A DNA stretch of 62,812 nt, filler included, from Chiloscyllium plagiosum (taxonomy: Eukaryota), in the NCBI RefSeq assembly GCF_004010195.1. It is 4 parts of 2 records of this genome, joined end to end, with 100 filler letters (N's around TTAATTAATTAA, not from the genome) between each part and the next. Parts side by side here need not be neighbours in the genome. Positions count along the whole stretch, not along the records: positions 1 to 25,262 come from NC_057714.1; positions 25,363 to 52,730 come from NC_057714.1; 2 more parts are not named here. One strand, given 5' to 3'. Both the position numbers and the translations under genes were made by a program. The notes beneath the pieces are model-generated. The model did not search any database and was not told the origin of the DNA. It was given only the letters and a program-made list of their open reading frames with translations. Below, in pieces: positions 22,100-35,815 of the stretch. How positions within the stretch are numbered: position 1 is the first letter of the stretch; each line of letters begins with the position of its first letter.

Positions 22100-23059
22100 T
22101 GTGTGCCTGTGGAGGGGGTGTCACTGGTGCTGTTGAAAGCATGTACCTTTTCCATTGTGTTCCTTCCTTTTTGTTTCAGATTATTAATGCTGTGCACTTT
22201 GTTTTCTTGTCAAACAATGATGATTGCATTGGTCAGCACAGTCTGTGTTCCCCAAAACAACAGCAAAGTCCTTGGAGAAGTCTGGCCAAGTGTACAATTA
22301 TTGCAAGATGTACAGAGTGTGGTTTCCGTGGCTGCGGGAGCTGAGCTAGTGGCCTGTCAGCAGTCAGGGAACCAGCCGCGTTCCTGGCAGGAATCTCCAC
22401 CAAACAGACAGCAGCTTGTCACATCTGGCCATCGGCCACATCGTAATACTCTGCACAGAGAGAAACAGCTGGTCGTGACATTCAGAAATCAAAAAGCATT
22501 GAATAAGCCTAATCGGGAAATGCACTGCGATGCTTCTGCCCCATTTCCTCAGAGATTTGCAATGACTTAGAATCCTACAGTACCTTTCAAATAGTGAAAC
22601 ATTCTGAGGCACTTCACAGGGATATTAACGGAGGAAACTTGACATCAACTCCAAAAAAAAGGAAATACTACAGAAAGAAGCTAAGCGACTATCATGAGCA
22701 CCAGACCGACCAAAGAAGTTTGACGTTAGTAACGTACTCTTTGAAGAGGACTCCATGTTGCAAAACAGTATGTGACTAAACCCGTCATATTAAAACTCAG
22801 GGTTAATGTTTGGGACATAGATTCAAATCCCAGCATGTCCTGTGGTGGAAATTTAAAAAAACTGGCTCAATGATAACTGTCAAACTATTACCCATAACCC
22901 CACCTGGTTCACCAATATCCTTTGGGGAAATCTCTCACTATTCCCTGCTCTGGATAAAGATGACTCCAGACCCACAGCAGTTTGATTGTCTCACAGTCCT
23001 CTAGGCATCCAGTGATCAGTAATACATGCTGGCATCCCATGAATAGGTGGTGTTTATGG

Positions 23060-23900
23060 TGGGCAGTGAATAAGATTCTCCCAGACCTTGATCAGATGGA
23101 CCAATGGGCCGAAGAGTGACCGATGTGATTTAATGTAGGCGAATGTGAGGTGGTGTATTTTGGTTGGGAAAATCAGAGCAGGACTTATACAGTTAACAGT
23201 AGGATCGTGGGCAGTGTGGTCAAACAAAGAGACCTTGGGGTGCAGGCTCATAGTTCCTTGACAGTTGTGTCACAGGTAGACCGTGTGGGGAAGAAGGAGT
23301 TTGACTTGCTTGTGCTCATTGGGTCAGTGCATTGAGTATACGAGTTGGGACGACGTGCTGCAGCTGTACGGGATATTGGTGAGGACAGGTTTGGAATACT
23401 GCGTTCAATTCTGGTCACCGGTCTGCAGGAAGGACGTTGTTAAACTTGAGAGGGTATCGAAGTGATTTACAAGGATGTTGCTGGGATTGTAGGGTTTGAG
23501 CGATGGAGAAGAGGCTGAATAAGCTGGGGCTGTTTTCCCTGGAGCGCTGGGGGCTGAGGGGTGAGCTTATTGATGTTTATAAAATCATGAAGGACATGAT
23601 AAGGTAAATGACCAAAGTCTTTTCCCCAGGGTGAGAGAGTCCAAACTAGAAGACACAGGTGTAAGGTGAGAGGGGAAAGATTTATAAGGGACCTAAGAGG
23701 CAAAGTTTTCATGTAGAGGGTGGTGCGTGTATGGAATGAGCTGCCAAAGGAAGTGGTGGAGGCTGGTACAATTACAGCTTTTAAAAGGCATCTGAATGGG
23801 TATATGAACAGCAGGGGGATAGAGGGATATGGGCCAAATGAAGCTAGGTTCGATTGAGCTGTGAGATGGACCAAAGGGTCTGTTTCCCGTGCTGTATGAT
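23060..23900 (+). mobile_element. CR1 LINE 3' RT fragment with 3'UTR
   Basis: [52 protein letters not shown]. Confidence 0.88.
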
Positions 23901-25132
23901 TCTGAGGGTCAGATAACCTGTCAGCTGACTGCTCCTCTTGTGAATTTCCTGTGTTTCTCCCTGCCTTCCATTTCCTGATGTATTGCAGCTTCTGGGATGT
24001 TACTTACATCCTCGAGAGTTCTCTTTCTTTTCCTCGACAGGGTGAGGCCAGACCAGGCTAGGATGAATAGAATAGAGTTGAATCCCCATAGTGTGGAAAC
24101 AGGCCCTCTTCAGAAGGTCAGCCTCAACTTGATGGGCTGAATGGCCTGCTTCCATACTGTGAGGATTCTGATCTGTAGAGAATTCAGATCTCAGCATATG
24201 CCTTGGATTTGAGCTCACGTCCTAAGAACATTATCCTGGGGTTTTAGATTTCTCGTTCATTGACATTACTGCTGCGCTAACATCTTCCCAAGTTAAAGTT
24301 AATGGAGTTGGTTTATTAACAATGACAGAGATGGAGGTGTTTTCTCGATAGGAGCAGAAACACATTGATATTATTGCAGCTTACCTGAGGCAGGACGTAC
24401 ATCAGCCCCGACTGTCCCGGTAGCACTTGGCGGGGGAGGTGGGGGAACAGCTTTACTAGGAGAAAATCCAACAGCTTCTGGTTAATCACCAGCCCCTGAC
24501 TGCAGTTTGCTGACACTTACTGAGACTTTATTCATCTCCAAATAGAGCTGCTCTAACCCACTGGCTCATGGTGAGATTTACCAACTCTCTCCCAGTGCCA
24601 GGTTGGCCAACTCTGGGCCACAGTTACACTGCAATCTGCCTGGGGCCCTGGCAGCTTCCTGCACCATCTCTCATGGGGGAGACGCAGTATGGCACATGGA
24701 GAGGCAGCTTCAGGGCAGGTTATGGTCAAGAAGGGGCAGAGATTTCCTGCAGATTGATCATTCACAGCATTTGCTTTGATGACGCCCACTGTCCCATCAC
24801 TGGTTTCTTTGATGTTATCTCGGAGCTGAGAGTTAAATGTTCATTTCCAGATTTGTTTGGGTCTGCTTGTTGCAACGGTGTACTTTATATAAACTGGCCC
24901 ATGGAAATTGGACAATTGACGGTGGTACGAAGATAAAAACTGTATTAGATGCAGCACCAGAGAGATTCCTGCTGCCATTCTCCCCCCATCCTGTAATCCA
25001 AAGAACAAGGAATTCTCCTGATGTCTCAAACTCGGATTGATCGGTTGTTTGTGTCTGGTGGGACTTGGCTGCTGACTTGTGTTTGATGATGGAATAGGAT
25101 CCACACAACAAAACAGATTCCAGCTCACAGTC

Positions 25133-25262
25133 TCCCTGCACCCCCCGGACACACACACTCCCCCCGGACACGCACTCTCCCCCTGCACACTCCCCCCTGG
25201 ACACACTCTCCCCCTGCACACACCCCCCCCGGACACGCACTTTCCCCCTGCACACACACCCC
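25133..25262. repeat. Degenerate C/A-rich minisatellite (CCCCCTGCACACAC..CCCCCCGGACACGCACTCT) running into a gap
   Basis: Visible repetition. Confidence 0.75.
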
Positions 25263-25362
25263 NNNNNNNNNNNNNNNNNNNNNNNNNNNNNNNNNNNNNN
25301 NNNNNNTTAATTAATTAANNNNNNNNNNNNNNNNNNNNNNNNNNNNNNNNNNNNNNNNNNNN
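25263..25362. other. 100-nt assembly spacer N44-TTAATTAATTAA-N44 (also at 52731-52830 and 61162-61261)
   Basis: Identical structure three times; the 12-mer has stop codons in all six frames. Confidence 0.95.
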
Positions 25363-25945
25363 CACCCGCACCAATCAACCACACCACCCTGTGGCCCAAC
25401 ATTTCAACTCCCCCTCCCACTCTGCCGAGGACATGGAGGTCCTGGGCCTCCTTCACCGCCGCTCCCTCACCGCCCAATGCCTGGAGGAAGAACGCGTCAT
25501 CTTCCGCCTCGGAACACTTCTACCCCAGGGCATCAATGTGGACTTCACCAGTTTCCTCATTTCCCCTCCGCCCCACCTCACTCCAGTTCCAAGCTTCCAG
25601 CTTAGCACTGTCCCCATGACTTGTCCTACCAACCTATCTTCCTTTCCACCTATCCACTCCACACCCCCCCGACCTATCACCTTCATCCCCACCCCCATCC
25701 ACCCATTGTACTCTTTGCTACCTTCCCCCACTCTCCTCCCTGACCTATCACCTTAATCCCCAACTCCACTCACCTATTGTACTCTCTGCTACTTTCTCAT
25801 CACCCCCACCTCTCATTTATCTCTCCACCCTTCAGGCACTCTGCCTGTATTCCTGATGAAGGGCTTTTGCCCGAAACATCGATTTTTCTGCTCCTTGGAT
25901 GTTGCCTGAACTGCTGTGCTTTTCCAGCACCACTCTAATCCAGAC
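25363..25945 (+). mobile_element. Penelope-like retroelement 3' part: GIY-YIG endonuclease C-terminal remnant, pyrimidine-rich 3'UTR and minimal hammerhead (25853-25880)
   Basis: VAQHFNSPSHS..MEVLGL..LEEERVIFRLGTLLPQGINVDF fits the PLE endonuclease C-terminal pattern HF...L.T..P.G.N; then CTGATGAAGGGCTTTTGCCCGAAACATC. Confidence 0.85.
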
Positions 25946-26575
25946 CCTTGTCCCATACACTGCATGAAAAAGTTGCCCCTCAGGTCCTTTTTAAAATCTT
26001 GCCCCTCACCTTAAACCCCTGCCCTCTAGTTTTGGACTGTCCCACCTTGGGAAAAAGACCTTGGCTACTCACTCTATCCATGCTTCTCATGATTTTATAA
26101 ACCTTGATAAGATCATCCCTCAGCTTCCAATGCTCCAAGGAAAATAATGGGAGGGTTGATCAGTAAGTTCAGGGATGATATAACATCGGCCACATGGAAT
26201 TCAACCCAGGTACGTGTGATGTGATGCACTTTGGTAGGACAAATGAGGCAAGCAGGTCAGACCCAGGGGAGCACTGAGGATCAGAGGGACCTTGGTATGC
26301 AAGTCCCCCATCCCTCAAGGTGGCAGGAAGGGTAGATAAAATGGTTAAGGCAACAACTGGGATATTTGTCGATATGAGCCAAGGCACAGAGTTTAAGAGG
26401 AGTGAGATAATGCTGGAACTGTAAAAGAAGTTGGTTAGGCCACAGCTAGACTGTGTGCAGATCAGGAATCACATTAGAAGCAGGATGTGACTGAACTTGA
26501 GGGGGTGCAGAGCAAATTTACCAGGATGTTACCTGGGTTTGAGAGTTTTAATTATAAAGATAGATTGGATTGACT
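25946..26575. mobile_element. CR1 fragments (minus ~25946-26145, plus ~26180-26575)
   Basis: CR1 3' and RT motifs (GATGCACTTTGGTAGG, TTGGTTAGGCCACAGCTAGA). Confidence 0.7.
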
Positions 26576-27444
26576 GGGCAAAAAAAAATCTGGATACTGG
26601 AAATCAGAAATTACCAGGAAAACTTAAACCAAAACATAAACTTTGATTTCTCTCCACAGATGCCGCCATACTTGCTGAGTTTTCTAGCAATTTGTTTTTG
26701 TTTTGGATAGTCTGTAGTTGCTTTCATGTGAGCATCTTTGTCCTGGACGGTGTCAAGCTTCTTGTGAGTTGCTGGAGTTACGTTCATCCAGTCAAGTGGT
26801 GAGTTGTGCCTTATAGATGGTGGACAGTCTTTGGGGAGTTAGAAGGTGAGTTACTTGCTGCAGTCTTCCTAGCCTCTGACTGGCTCTTGTAGCCATTTTA
26901 TTGATATGGCATGTCCGGTTGAATTTCTAGTTAATGGTAACTGCAGAGTATTCATTGTGGGTGATTCAGTGATGGCAATGCAATAAGGGGTGTTGGTTTG
27001 GTTGTCTCTTATTGGAGGATAGTGGGCAGGAAAGGAAAGTTGAAGCCCAAGATTAGACATGATTGTATTACAAGGCAGAGCAGGCTTAACAGGCTATATG
27101 GTCTATTCCTGCTCCTTTTTCTTGTGAAAAGGCAGTCAATGGAAATGAGAACTTGTTCAAATTGTTCCCATGTCTATAAGAATTGATCTCTCTACATTCA
27201 GCTACTCAACTCCAATTGTTTACATGCCTCTAGAGTTTTCCATTCCCAGACCTCCTGCAGAGTTTGTTCTTGCCCAAATCTGCACCTGCACATACAGTAT
27301 GACTATCTCCACAAAAGAATGAACACGTTACCATTCTCCTGAATCTTTTAGAACTGCTGTAAGATGAGTAAACACGCAGCAGCCTCTTATAGCCCCCCAT
27401 GTCAGGTCCTTTCCAAACAGCAAATTTTTAATGATTTATTATGG

Positions 27445-28560
27445 AGGGTTGATCAGATTTTTAAAAAATTCACTTGTGGGGTTTGGGTATCACTGACTGT
27501 CTTTATTATCTGTCCCAAGTTACCCTTGACTAGCTGGTGGTGAGCTGCCTTCTTGAACCACTGCAGTTCATGTGCTGTAGGTTGCCCCACAACGTCCTTA
27601 GGGAGGGAATTCCAGGATTTTGACTCAGCGACAGTGATATAGTTCCAAGTCAGGATGGTGAGTGGCTCAGAGGGGAACTTGCAAGTGGTGATGTTTCCAT
27701 GTACCTATTGCCCATGTCCTTCTCAGTGGAAGTGGTGTGGGTTTGGAAGGAGCTGTGTAAGGATCATTGGTGATTTTCAGCAATGTAGACAGCACACACT
27801 GCTGCTACTGAGCATTGGTGGTGGAGGGAGTGGATGCTTGTGGATTTGGTGCCAAACAAATGAGCTGTTTTGTCCAGAATGGTGTCAAGCTTGAGTGTTG
27901 TTGGAGCTGTACTAATCCAGACAGGTGGGGAGTATTCCATCATACTCCTGACTTGTGCCTTGTAGATGGTGGACAGGACAGTCAAGAAATGAGTTACTTG
28001 TCACAGTATTCATTGCCTCTGACTTGCTCTTGTAGCCACTGTGTTTATATGGTGAGTCCAGTTGAGTTTCTCACCAATGGTAACTGCCAGAATGTTGACT
28101 CTGGGGGATTAGTGATGGTAACACCATCGAATGTCAAGAAATAGTGATTAGATTCTCTCTTATTGGAGATGACATCTGGCTGGCGTGAATGTTACTTGCT
28201 ACATGTCAGCCCAAGCCTGGGTAATGTCCAGATCTTATTGCATTTGGATATGGACTGCATAGTAGAGTTGCCAATGGTGCTGAACATTGGAGAACATCTT
28301 CATGCCTGATCCTATGATGAAGGTCTTTGGTGAAGCAGCTGAAGATGGTTGAGCCTAGGACACTATCCTGAAGAACTCCTGTAGCGATGTCCTGGAACTG
28401 AGATGACTGATCTCCAACAACCATAACTGTCTTCCTACATGCTATTCTGACTATATCCAGCAGAGTGTTTTCTCTGATTCCCATTGATTCCAGTTTTCTT
28501 GGAATCTTTGATGCCACACTCCGTCAAATGTGGTCTCAATATAAAGGGCTGTCGCTGTCA
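27445..28560 (-). mobile_element. Degenerate CR1/L2-group LINE RT fragment of a second family (related piece at ~26730-26980)
   Basis: LSTIYKAQVRSMMEYSP..W and GVLQDSVLGSTIFSCF in ORFs 27764..27985 and 28206..28517. Confidence 0.8.
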
Positions 28561-29331
28561 CTGTCACTTCACTTCTGAATAAAGTCTAGAATAACTCAAG
28601 AAGAAGATAAGTCCAATTCCTTATGGGTTTAGGTACTATTGTACAAAACCTTCTGGTATTTGGCATGAATTGCCAGCATCAGTCAGACAGGATGCCTAGT
28701 GAAGGAAATGTTCTGTAGCAAATCACACTCTCAAGTATGCAGAAGCACAATTGAAGGCTGCTGCTCTATGACCAAAGTTTCTTTCATTTTGTGACAGTGG
28801 GATGTTGATGCTGTCAGGTTCCAGAATAGGTTTCATACAGCTGACATCAACCACAGAAGCACAGGAACAGGAGGAGGCCATTTCATATTTGAACCTACTT
28901 CAACACTTAATCAGATTGTGACTGACTAGTACCTCTCCTCAAAACACCCACATATTGATCCATGTCACTTGATACCCTGACTGATAAAATAAGTCAATCA
29001 GAATCTTGAAGGTAAACATGTCAAATTTGGTAGGACCCATCTCCACATTGTTCTCTCAGACTGAATGGGAGTCATGCTTTGGGAGATAGTGACACAAACA
29101 CACTGCATCACCAAAGTAAAAACATTTTAGTTGTACTTTGCTTGAGAGGAAGTGATACTAAGAAAACATGGTGCATCGAAATTGCTGCATTTCTCAGCAC
29201 TAGCATTTCAGAACTTGGTGGTTATAAAATGCCAAAGAGACAGATATATAGACCAGTATCAAGATCAATTATTTAAACCACTTTCTTCAGTATTCATACA
29301 CGCAATTCTAGAGACTGGGTAGAAAATCATA

Positions 29332-29549
29332 GCAATTCAGGCAGCATCCGAGGACAGGCAAAATCGACGTTTCGGGCAAAAGCCCTCATGAAGGGCTTTT
29401 GCCCGAAACGTCGATTTTGCTTCCTGATGAAGGGCTTTTGCCCGAAACGTCGATTTTGCCTGTCCTCGGATGCTGCCTGAATTGCTGTGCTCTTCCAGCA
29501 CCACTGATTCAGAATCTGGTTTCCAGCATCTGCAGTCATTGTTTTTACC
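29332..29549 (+). mobile_element. Short Penelope-derived element with tandem and inverted hammerhead modules and a 12-bp TSD (TAGAAAATCATA at 29320-29331 and 29550-29561)
   Basis: Intact core CTGATGAAGGGCTTTTGCCCGAAACGTC at 29424-29451; perfect 56-bp inverted repeat 29331-29386 / 29431-29486. Confidence 0.88.
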
Positions 29550-30611
29550 TAGAAAATCATACCTGCTCTACACGCTTGGATGCATTACTCAAATGGTGAC
29601 AGAACAAAAAAAACTGTTCTGATATCTATCACCCTCTGTGAGTGGTACATGTAGAAAGTATGTGAGGAGCAGTGATAGCAGTGAGCTATATAATTTATAG
29701 CTCAATAGTGGCCTGTCCTGTTAATTCATCATCAGTGAGTTATGGCCAATAATGTGTTGGGATTACAACTCTACTAAATACTGTCCTCTTTGTCCTTACA
29801 CTATATATTAGATAAGCAATTAAAATGACAACTTCAAACAGCTTGAGGCCAGAATTAGCTTTAAACAAGGACTAAGCAGATGGCTTAACTATAGACCTGT
29901 TGTGGTGAGATTGTCATAAAACCTTTTATTTCTAGTGTCGTCTATCTTCAATTGTACCATTATCTTCATGAAATTCTGAACAGATTTACAGGGTGACTAT
30001 TTTTCCTTAGTAGAAATCTAAGGTTGATTAGGAGACTCAATATTGAAAGCCAAGTGTGTCATTGAATGATGTGATTGGTCAACTTCCACTGATCATAATC
30101 AAAACAGTTTTCTGTTTATTTAGTCTTAATTTTGAAGTGATTAATTTATATTTTGAATATATTATACACTCCAGTATATCAATACCAAAACCTATGGAAG
30201 ACTCAAAGAAATTGCATGGGTGGCCTACTCGTGGTACTTAGGGCCACAAAAGCCCGTGATAGGACAGATCGGGAGAAATGATTTCCTCAACTGGAGGAAC
30301 GATAATCCAAGGGTAGCTCTTTAAAATTACAGCTTGTCAGGATGTCAGAAAGCATTCCTTCACATAAAGGGAAGGGAAAATCAGGAAATCTCCATGTTCT
30401 CTCCAACCTTCTAAAAAAAAACTGTGAATTCTGATGTGATTGAAAATTTTGAAACTGAGATTAATAGATCTTTGTTGGATGAGGGTAAATGTAAAGATAA
30501 AATCTTAGATGGATAAGGGATTAATTGATGAAAACAGGTAGATGGAATGGAGATTATAAGTAAATTTTGAATTAATTGAATGGCCTCCTTTTGCCATGAC
30601 TTCCTCCTGTT

Positions 30612-31355
30612 CCAGTTACAAGTGGAGTTCCGCAGGGATCAGTTCTGGGTCCTCTGCTGTTTGTAATTTTTATTAATGACTTGGATGAGGGAGTCGAAGG
30701 GTGGGTCAGTAAATTTGCAGATGATACGAAGATAGGTGGAGTTGTGGACAGTGAGGAGGGCTGTTGTCGGCTGCAGAGGGACTTAGATATGATGCAGATA
30801 GCCCTCCCCACCATCACCAACGACATCTGCCAACACGGATGAGGTTGGAGACGATGTGGTTTTGCCAAGAGGCTCCTTCACCTCATCCCAACAACAGTCT
30901 ACTCACTCTCACTGGATGTCATTTCTCTGCTTTGCAGAGAAGATTTACCAGGATGTTGCCTGGAATGGAGAGGAAGTCGTACGAGGATAGGTTGAGAGTT
31001 CTCGGCCTTTTCTCGTTGGAACGGCGAAGGATGAGGGGTGACTTGATAGAGGTTTATAAGATGATCAGAGGCATAGATAGAGTAGACAGTCAGAAACTTT
31101 TTCCCCGGGTACAACAGAGTGTTACAAGGGGACATAAATTTAAGGTGAAGGGTGGAAGGTATAGGGGAGATGTCAGGGGTGGGATCTTTACCCAGAGAGT
31201 GTTGGGGCATGGAATGCGCTGCCCGTGGGAGTGTTAGAGTCGGAATCATTGGCGACCTTTAAGCGGCATTTGGGTAGGTACATGGATGGGTACTTAATCT
31301 AGGTTAGAAGTTCGGCACAACATCGTGGGCCGAAGGGCCTGTTCTGTGCTGTATT
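30612..31355 (+). mobile_element. CR1 RT and 3' end fragments with (TTCTATG)n tail
   Basis: [46 protein letters not shown]. Confidence 0.9.
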
Positions 31356-31615
31356 GTTCTATGTTCTATGTTCCTATTTTTCCCACAAACTACACTCAAT
31401 ATGGGTATCTCAATCAGCATTTCAGCAGTGTCCTTCCCAACCCCTGCCTGGATCTCCTACACGTACTCCTTTTACACACACTTCTAAGTGTTACATAGGC
31501 CCCTTGTCTCGCAGCAGCAACACATTTTATGGAGGAACTGCCTGCTTCAACTAGATATCATTAAAAAAAAACTTAAAGCCATGACCAGCAGCCACAAGTT
31601 CATGCAGGGGAGCTA

Positions 31616-32413
<798 letters not shown>

Positions 32414-33454
32414 TTATGCACTGAGAAACTGTTCAATCATGAAGGAAAACAGAAACTGAACATAAAAAGATACTCGAAATGCATAGCATCTGTCGAGAAA
32501 AAAGGGGGTTAACTATCCGCTCAGCTGGCATGGCATGTCTAAAACATTACACGTCTTTCTTTTTACAGATGGTGCTTGACCTGCTGAATATTCCAGTTAT
32601 TTTCTGATTTGTTCCATATTTCAAAGTATTTTTGCTTTTAATCATGTGTACTCGCACTTTTATTTGCAATGTAAAATGATTGCTCCTACCTAAGCATCAG
32701 AAAAAAAACAAGAACTGCTTTAACACACAAACACAATGACTCACAAATTACATACCTAAAGAAAACAGCCAATGTCTCCTGCTGATTTGAGTTCATCTCT
32801 ATCCAGCACTTACTGGCTAGTGCTAAAGTACTTTAGCCAGTCAGGCCATAAAGCTTACTAGCTCTCCCTTGGGGGAAAGGAATGGAGTAAAGAGCTTTTC
32901 AACACGAATCCAGAATTGCATTGCACCTCAAACAGGATTTAAACTGAAGTTGATTTTGAATTTTATTGCAGTTCCTCTTATTGTGATTAATTGAAGATGC
33001 TCATGATCATTACAATCCACATTTTGGGAAGGGCAACAATTTGCCATAAGCTCAACAGCCAAGCATTTCTCACTACGGGAGTCTCATATTTGTATTTACC
33101 ACACCATTAATTTTTGTAGCCTCTCTAAAGATGCTTTCAGATTGAGCCAAGACATTTACAACTGGAGCCAGCTTCTCTGATGGGTTGTCCTAATTGCTGG
33201 CATTAGTAAATTCCAGAAGCCTCACTTTTGATTTACAGGAGTGTCCCTGAGATCCATGCTTGAGAATCAGCATCAATGATATACAACATACACAACAGAT
33301 TGAGAGTTATCACTAATTTTGCCCCAAATTTCAGTCTTGTGTAGTAAACCTGCACTAACTTGGAACCTGGTTTAAAACACCCCAAGTTTAACTTGTGTAA
33401 CTTTTTACAACCCAGGACAGATTTCATCTTTGGTCTTAGCAGAGTGGACCCATT

Positions 33455-33790
33455 GTTTAGATTAGATTCCTGTCTGATTAGATCAGATTCCCCTACAGTG
33501 TGAAAACAGGCCCTTTGGCCCAACAAGTCCACACTGACCCTCCGGAGAGTAACCCACCCAGACCCATTTCCCTGGCTAATGCACCTAACACTATGGGTAA
33601 TTTAGCATGGCTAATTCGCCTGACCTACTATCTTTGGACTGTGGGAAGAAACCAGAGCACCTGGAGGAAACCCACGCAGACACCAGGAGAATGTGCAAAC
33701 TCCACACAGACAGTCACCCAAGGCTGGAACTGAACCTAGGTCCCTGGCGCTGTCAGGCAGCAGTACTAATCACTGAGCTACCATGCCGCC
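33455..33790 (-). mobile_element. HE1 V-SINE
   Basis: Tail, V-domain and head on the minus strand. Confidence 0.88.
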
Positions 33791-33819
33791 TGTAAATTTT
33801 TCACATTGTCACTCAACGT

Positions 33820-35500
33820 AAGACCATAAACTATAAGAAAAGAATTAGGCCATTCGGCCCACTGAGTCTGCTCCATCATTTGATCATGGCTGATATGTTT
33901 CTCAACCCCATTCTCCTGCCTTCTCCCTGTAACCCTTGATCCCCTTACCAGTCAAGAACCTGTGTGTCTCTATTTTAAATACACTCAATGATTTGGCCTC
34001 CACTGCTCTCTATAGCAACGAGTTCCACATAGTCAACAAGCTCTCACTGAAGAAATTCCTCCTCACCTCAGCTCTAAAAAGTCATTCCTTCACCCTGAGG
34101 CTATGCCCTCAGGTCGTAGTCTCTCCTAGCAGTGGAAATATCTTCTCCATTTCCATTCTATCCAGGCCTCTCAGTTTCTGTAAATTTCAATCAGATCCAC
34201 CTCCCACCCCACCTCCCCCCCCCACTCCCCCCACCCTTCTAAACTGCATGGAGTGCAGACCCAACAGAGTCTTCAACTGCTTCTCATATGACAAGCTCTT
34301 CATCCCTGGGATCACTCTTGTAAATCTCCTCTGGATCCCTCTCCAATGCCAGCACATCACTCCTTTGATATGGGGCCCAAAACTGCTCTCAGTATTTCAA
34401 ATACAGTCTGACCAGAATCTTCTACAGCCTCTGCAGTACATTCTGCTTTTGTATTCTAGCCCTCTTCAAATGAATGCCAACATTGCATTTGCCTTCCTAA
34501 CTGCAAAGTCAACGTGCATGTTAACCTTAACAGAATCCCGAACTAGGACTCCCAAGTCCCTTCATGCTTCAGATTTCTGAAGCCTTTTGGTGTTGAAAAA
34601 ATAATCTCTATTCTTCCTACCAAAATGAAAATCTCACACTTTCCACACTATATTCTATATGCCATTGCTTCGCCCACTCTTCTGCAACCTCCCCGTTTCC
34701 TCAACATTATCTGTCCCTCCACCTATCCTAGTATCATCTGCAAACTTAGCAACAATGCCCTCAGTTCTTTCGTTCAGATTGTTAAGATATAATGTGAATA
34801 GTTGTGGTCCCAACACTTAACCCTGTGCAATACCATTAGTCACTACCTGCCACCTAGAAAAAGACCCCTTTATCTCCTTTCTCTGCCTTCTGTCAGTTAG
34901 CCAATGCTCTATTCATGCCATACTTGCCCTGAACATTATCTTATCCTATTTAGCAGCTTCTTGTGTGCCACCTTGTCAAAGGCCTTCTGGATTCTCAAAC
35001 AGATCACATCCATTGGCTTTCCTGTCTAAGTTGCTCATTACCTCCTCAAAGAATTCTAACAGATTTATCAGGCATGTAATGAAGCCATGCCGACTCAGCC
35101 CTATTTTACCAAGCATTTCCAACTACTCCAAAAGCTCATTCTTAACAATGGACTCTAAAATCCTACCAATGCCCAAGGTCAAGCTAACCAGCCTTTAGTT
35201 TCCTGTCTTCTGCCTCCCTCCTTCTAAACAGGGGAGTTACATTAGCCACTTTCTAATCCTCTGGGACCCTCCTTGACTCCAATAATTCCTACAATCACCT
35301 TCAGAACTCTGGGGTGGCATCCATGCCAAACCTTCAGACCTTTCAGCTTCTCCAGCACCTCCTTAGTGATAGCCACTATACCCACCTCTGCCCCCTGTTG
35401 CTGTCTTGCATTGTGAAAACTGATGCAAAGTACCCATTCAGTTCACCTGCCATTTGTATTCAGTTCCTCTGCCATTTCTTTGGTCCCATTGCTACTTCGC
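33820..35500 (-). mobile_element. Degenerate CR1 LINE (3'UTR plus RT)
   Basis: Reverse-strand RT motifs (TCATCTGCAAACTTAG = KFADD; GGTCCCAACAC = VLGP) and a CR1 3'UTR. Confidence 0.85.
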
Positions 35501-35559
35501 CAGACTCATTTTCCAGGATCCAATGTCCATTCTTGCCTCTCTGTTAACACTTTTTTTAC

Positions 35560-35815
35560 CATCTCTATCGCTCCTTCACCACTTCTGGCGCTTCCAGATT
35601 TTTGCTCTAAACACCGTCACAATCTGTTCCACTTGCTCCCCCTCCCTTTTTTTCTCTCTCTCATTATTCAGCCTGTTTCAGTTCTGAAGAAGTCATTTCA
35701 AACCTGAAACAGTCACTGAATTCGTCTCTCCACAGATGCTGTCAGACCTGCTGAGTTTCTCCAGCACTTTGTTTTTATTCCAGATTTCTAGCATCCACAA
35801 TATTTTGCTTTGATT
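35560..35815 (+). mobile_element. Old Penelope-type 3' module with an eroded hammerhead (CTGAAGA...GAAAC, 35684-35710)
   Basis: Followed by TCTCTCCACAGATGCTGTCAGACCTGCTGAGTTTCTCCAGCA. Related remnants lie at ~26580-26700, ~32450-32640 and ~36760-36845. Confidence 0.55.

Noticed and set aside
21372..22344. Long ORFs across the gap
   Set aside because: Artefacts of N runs.
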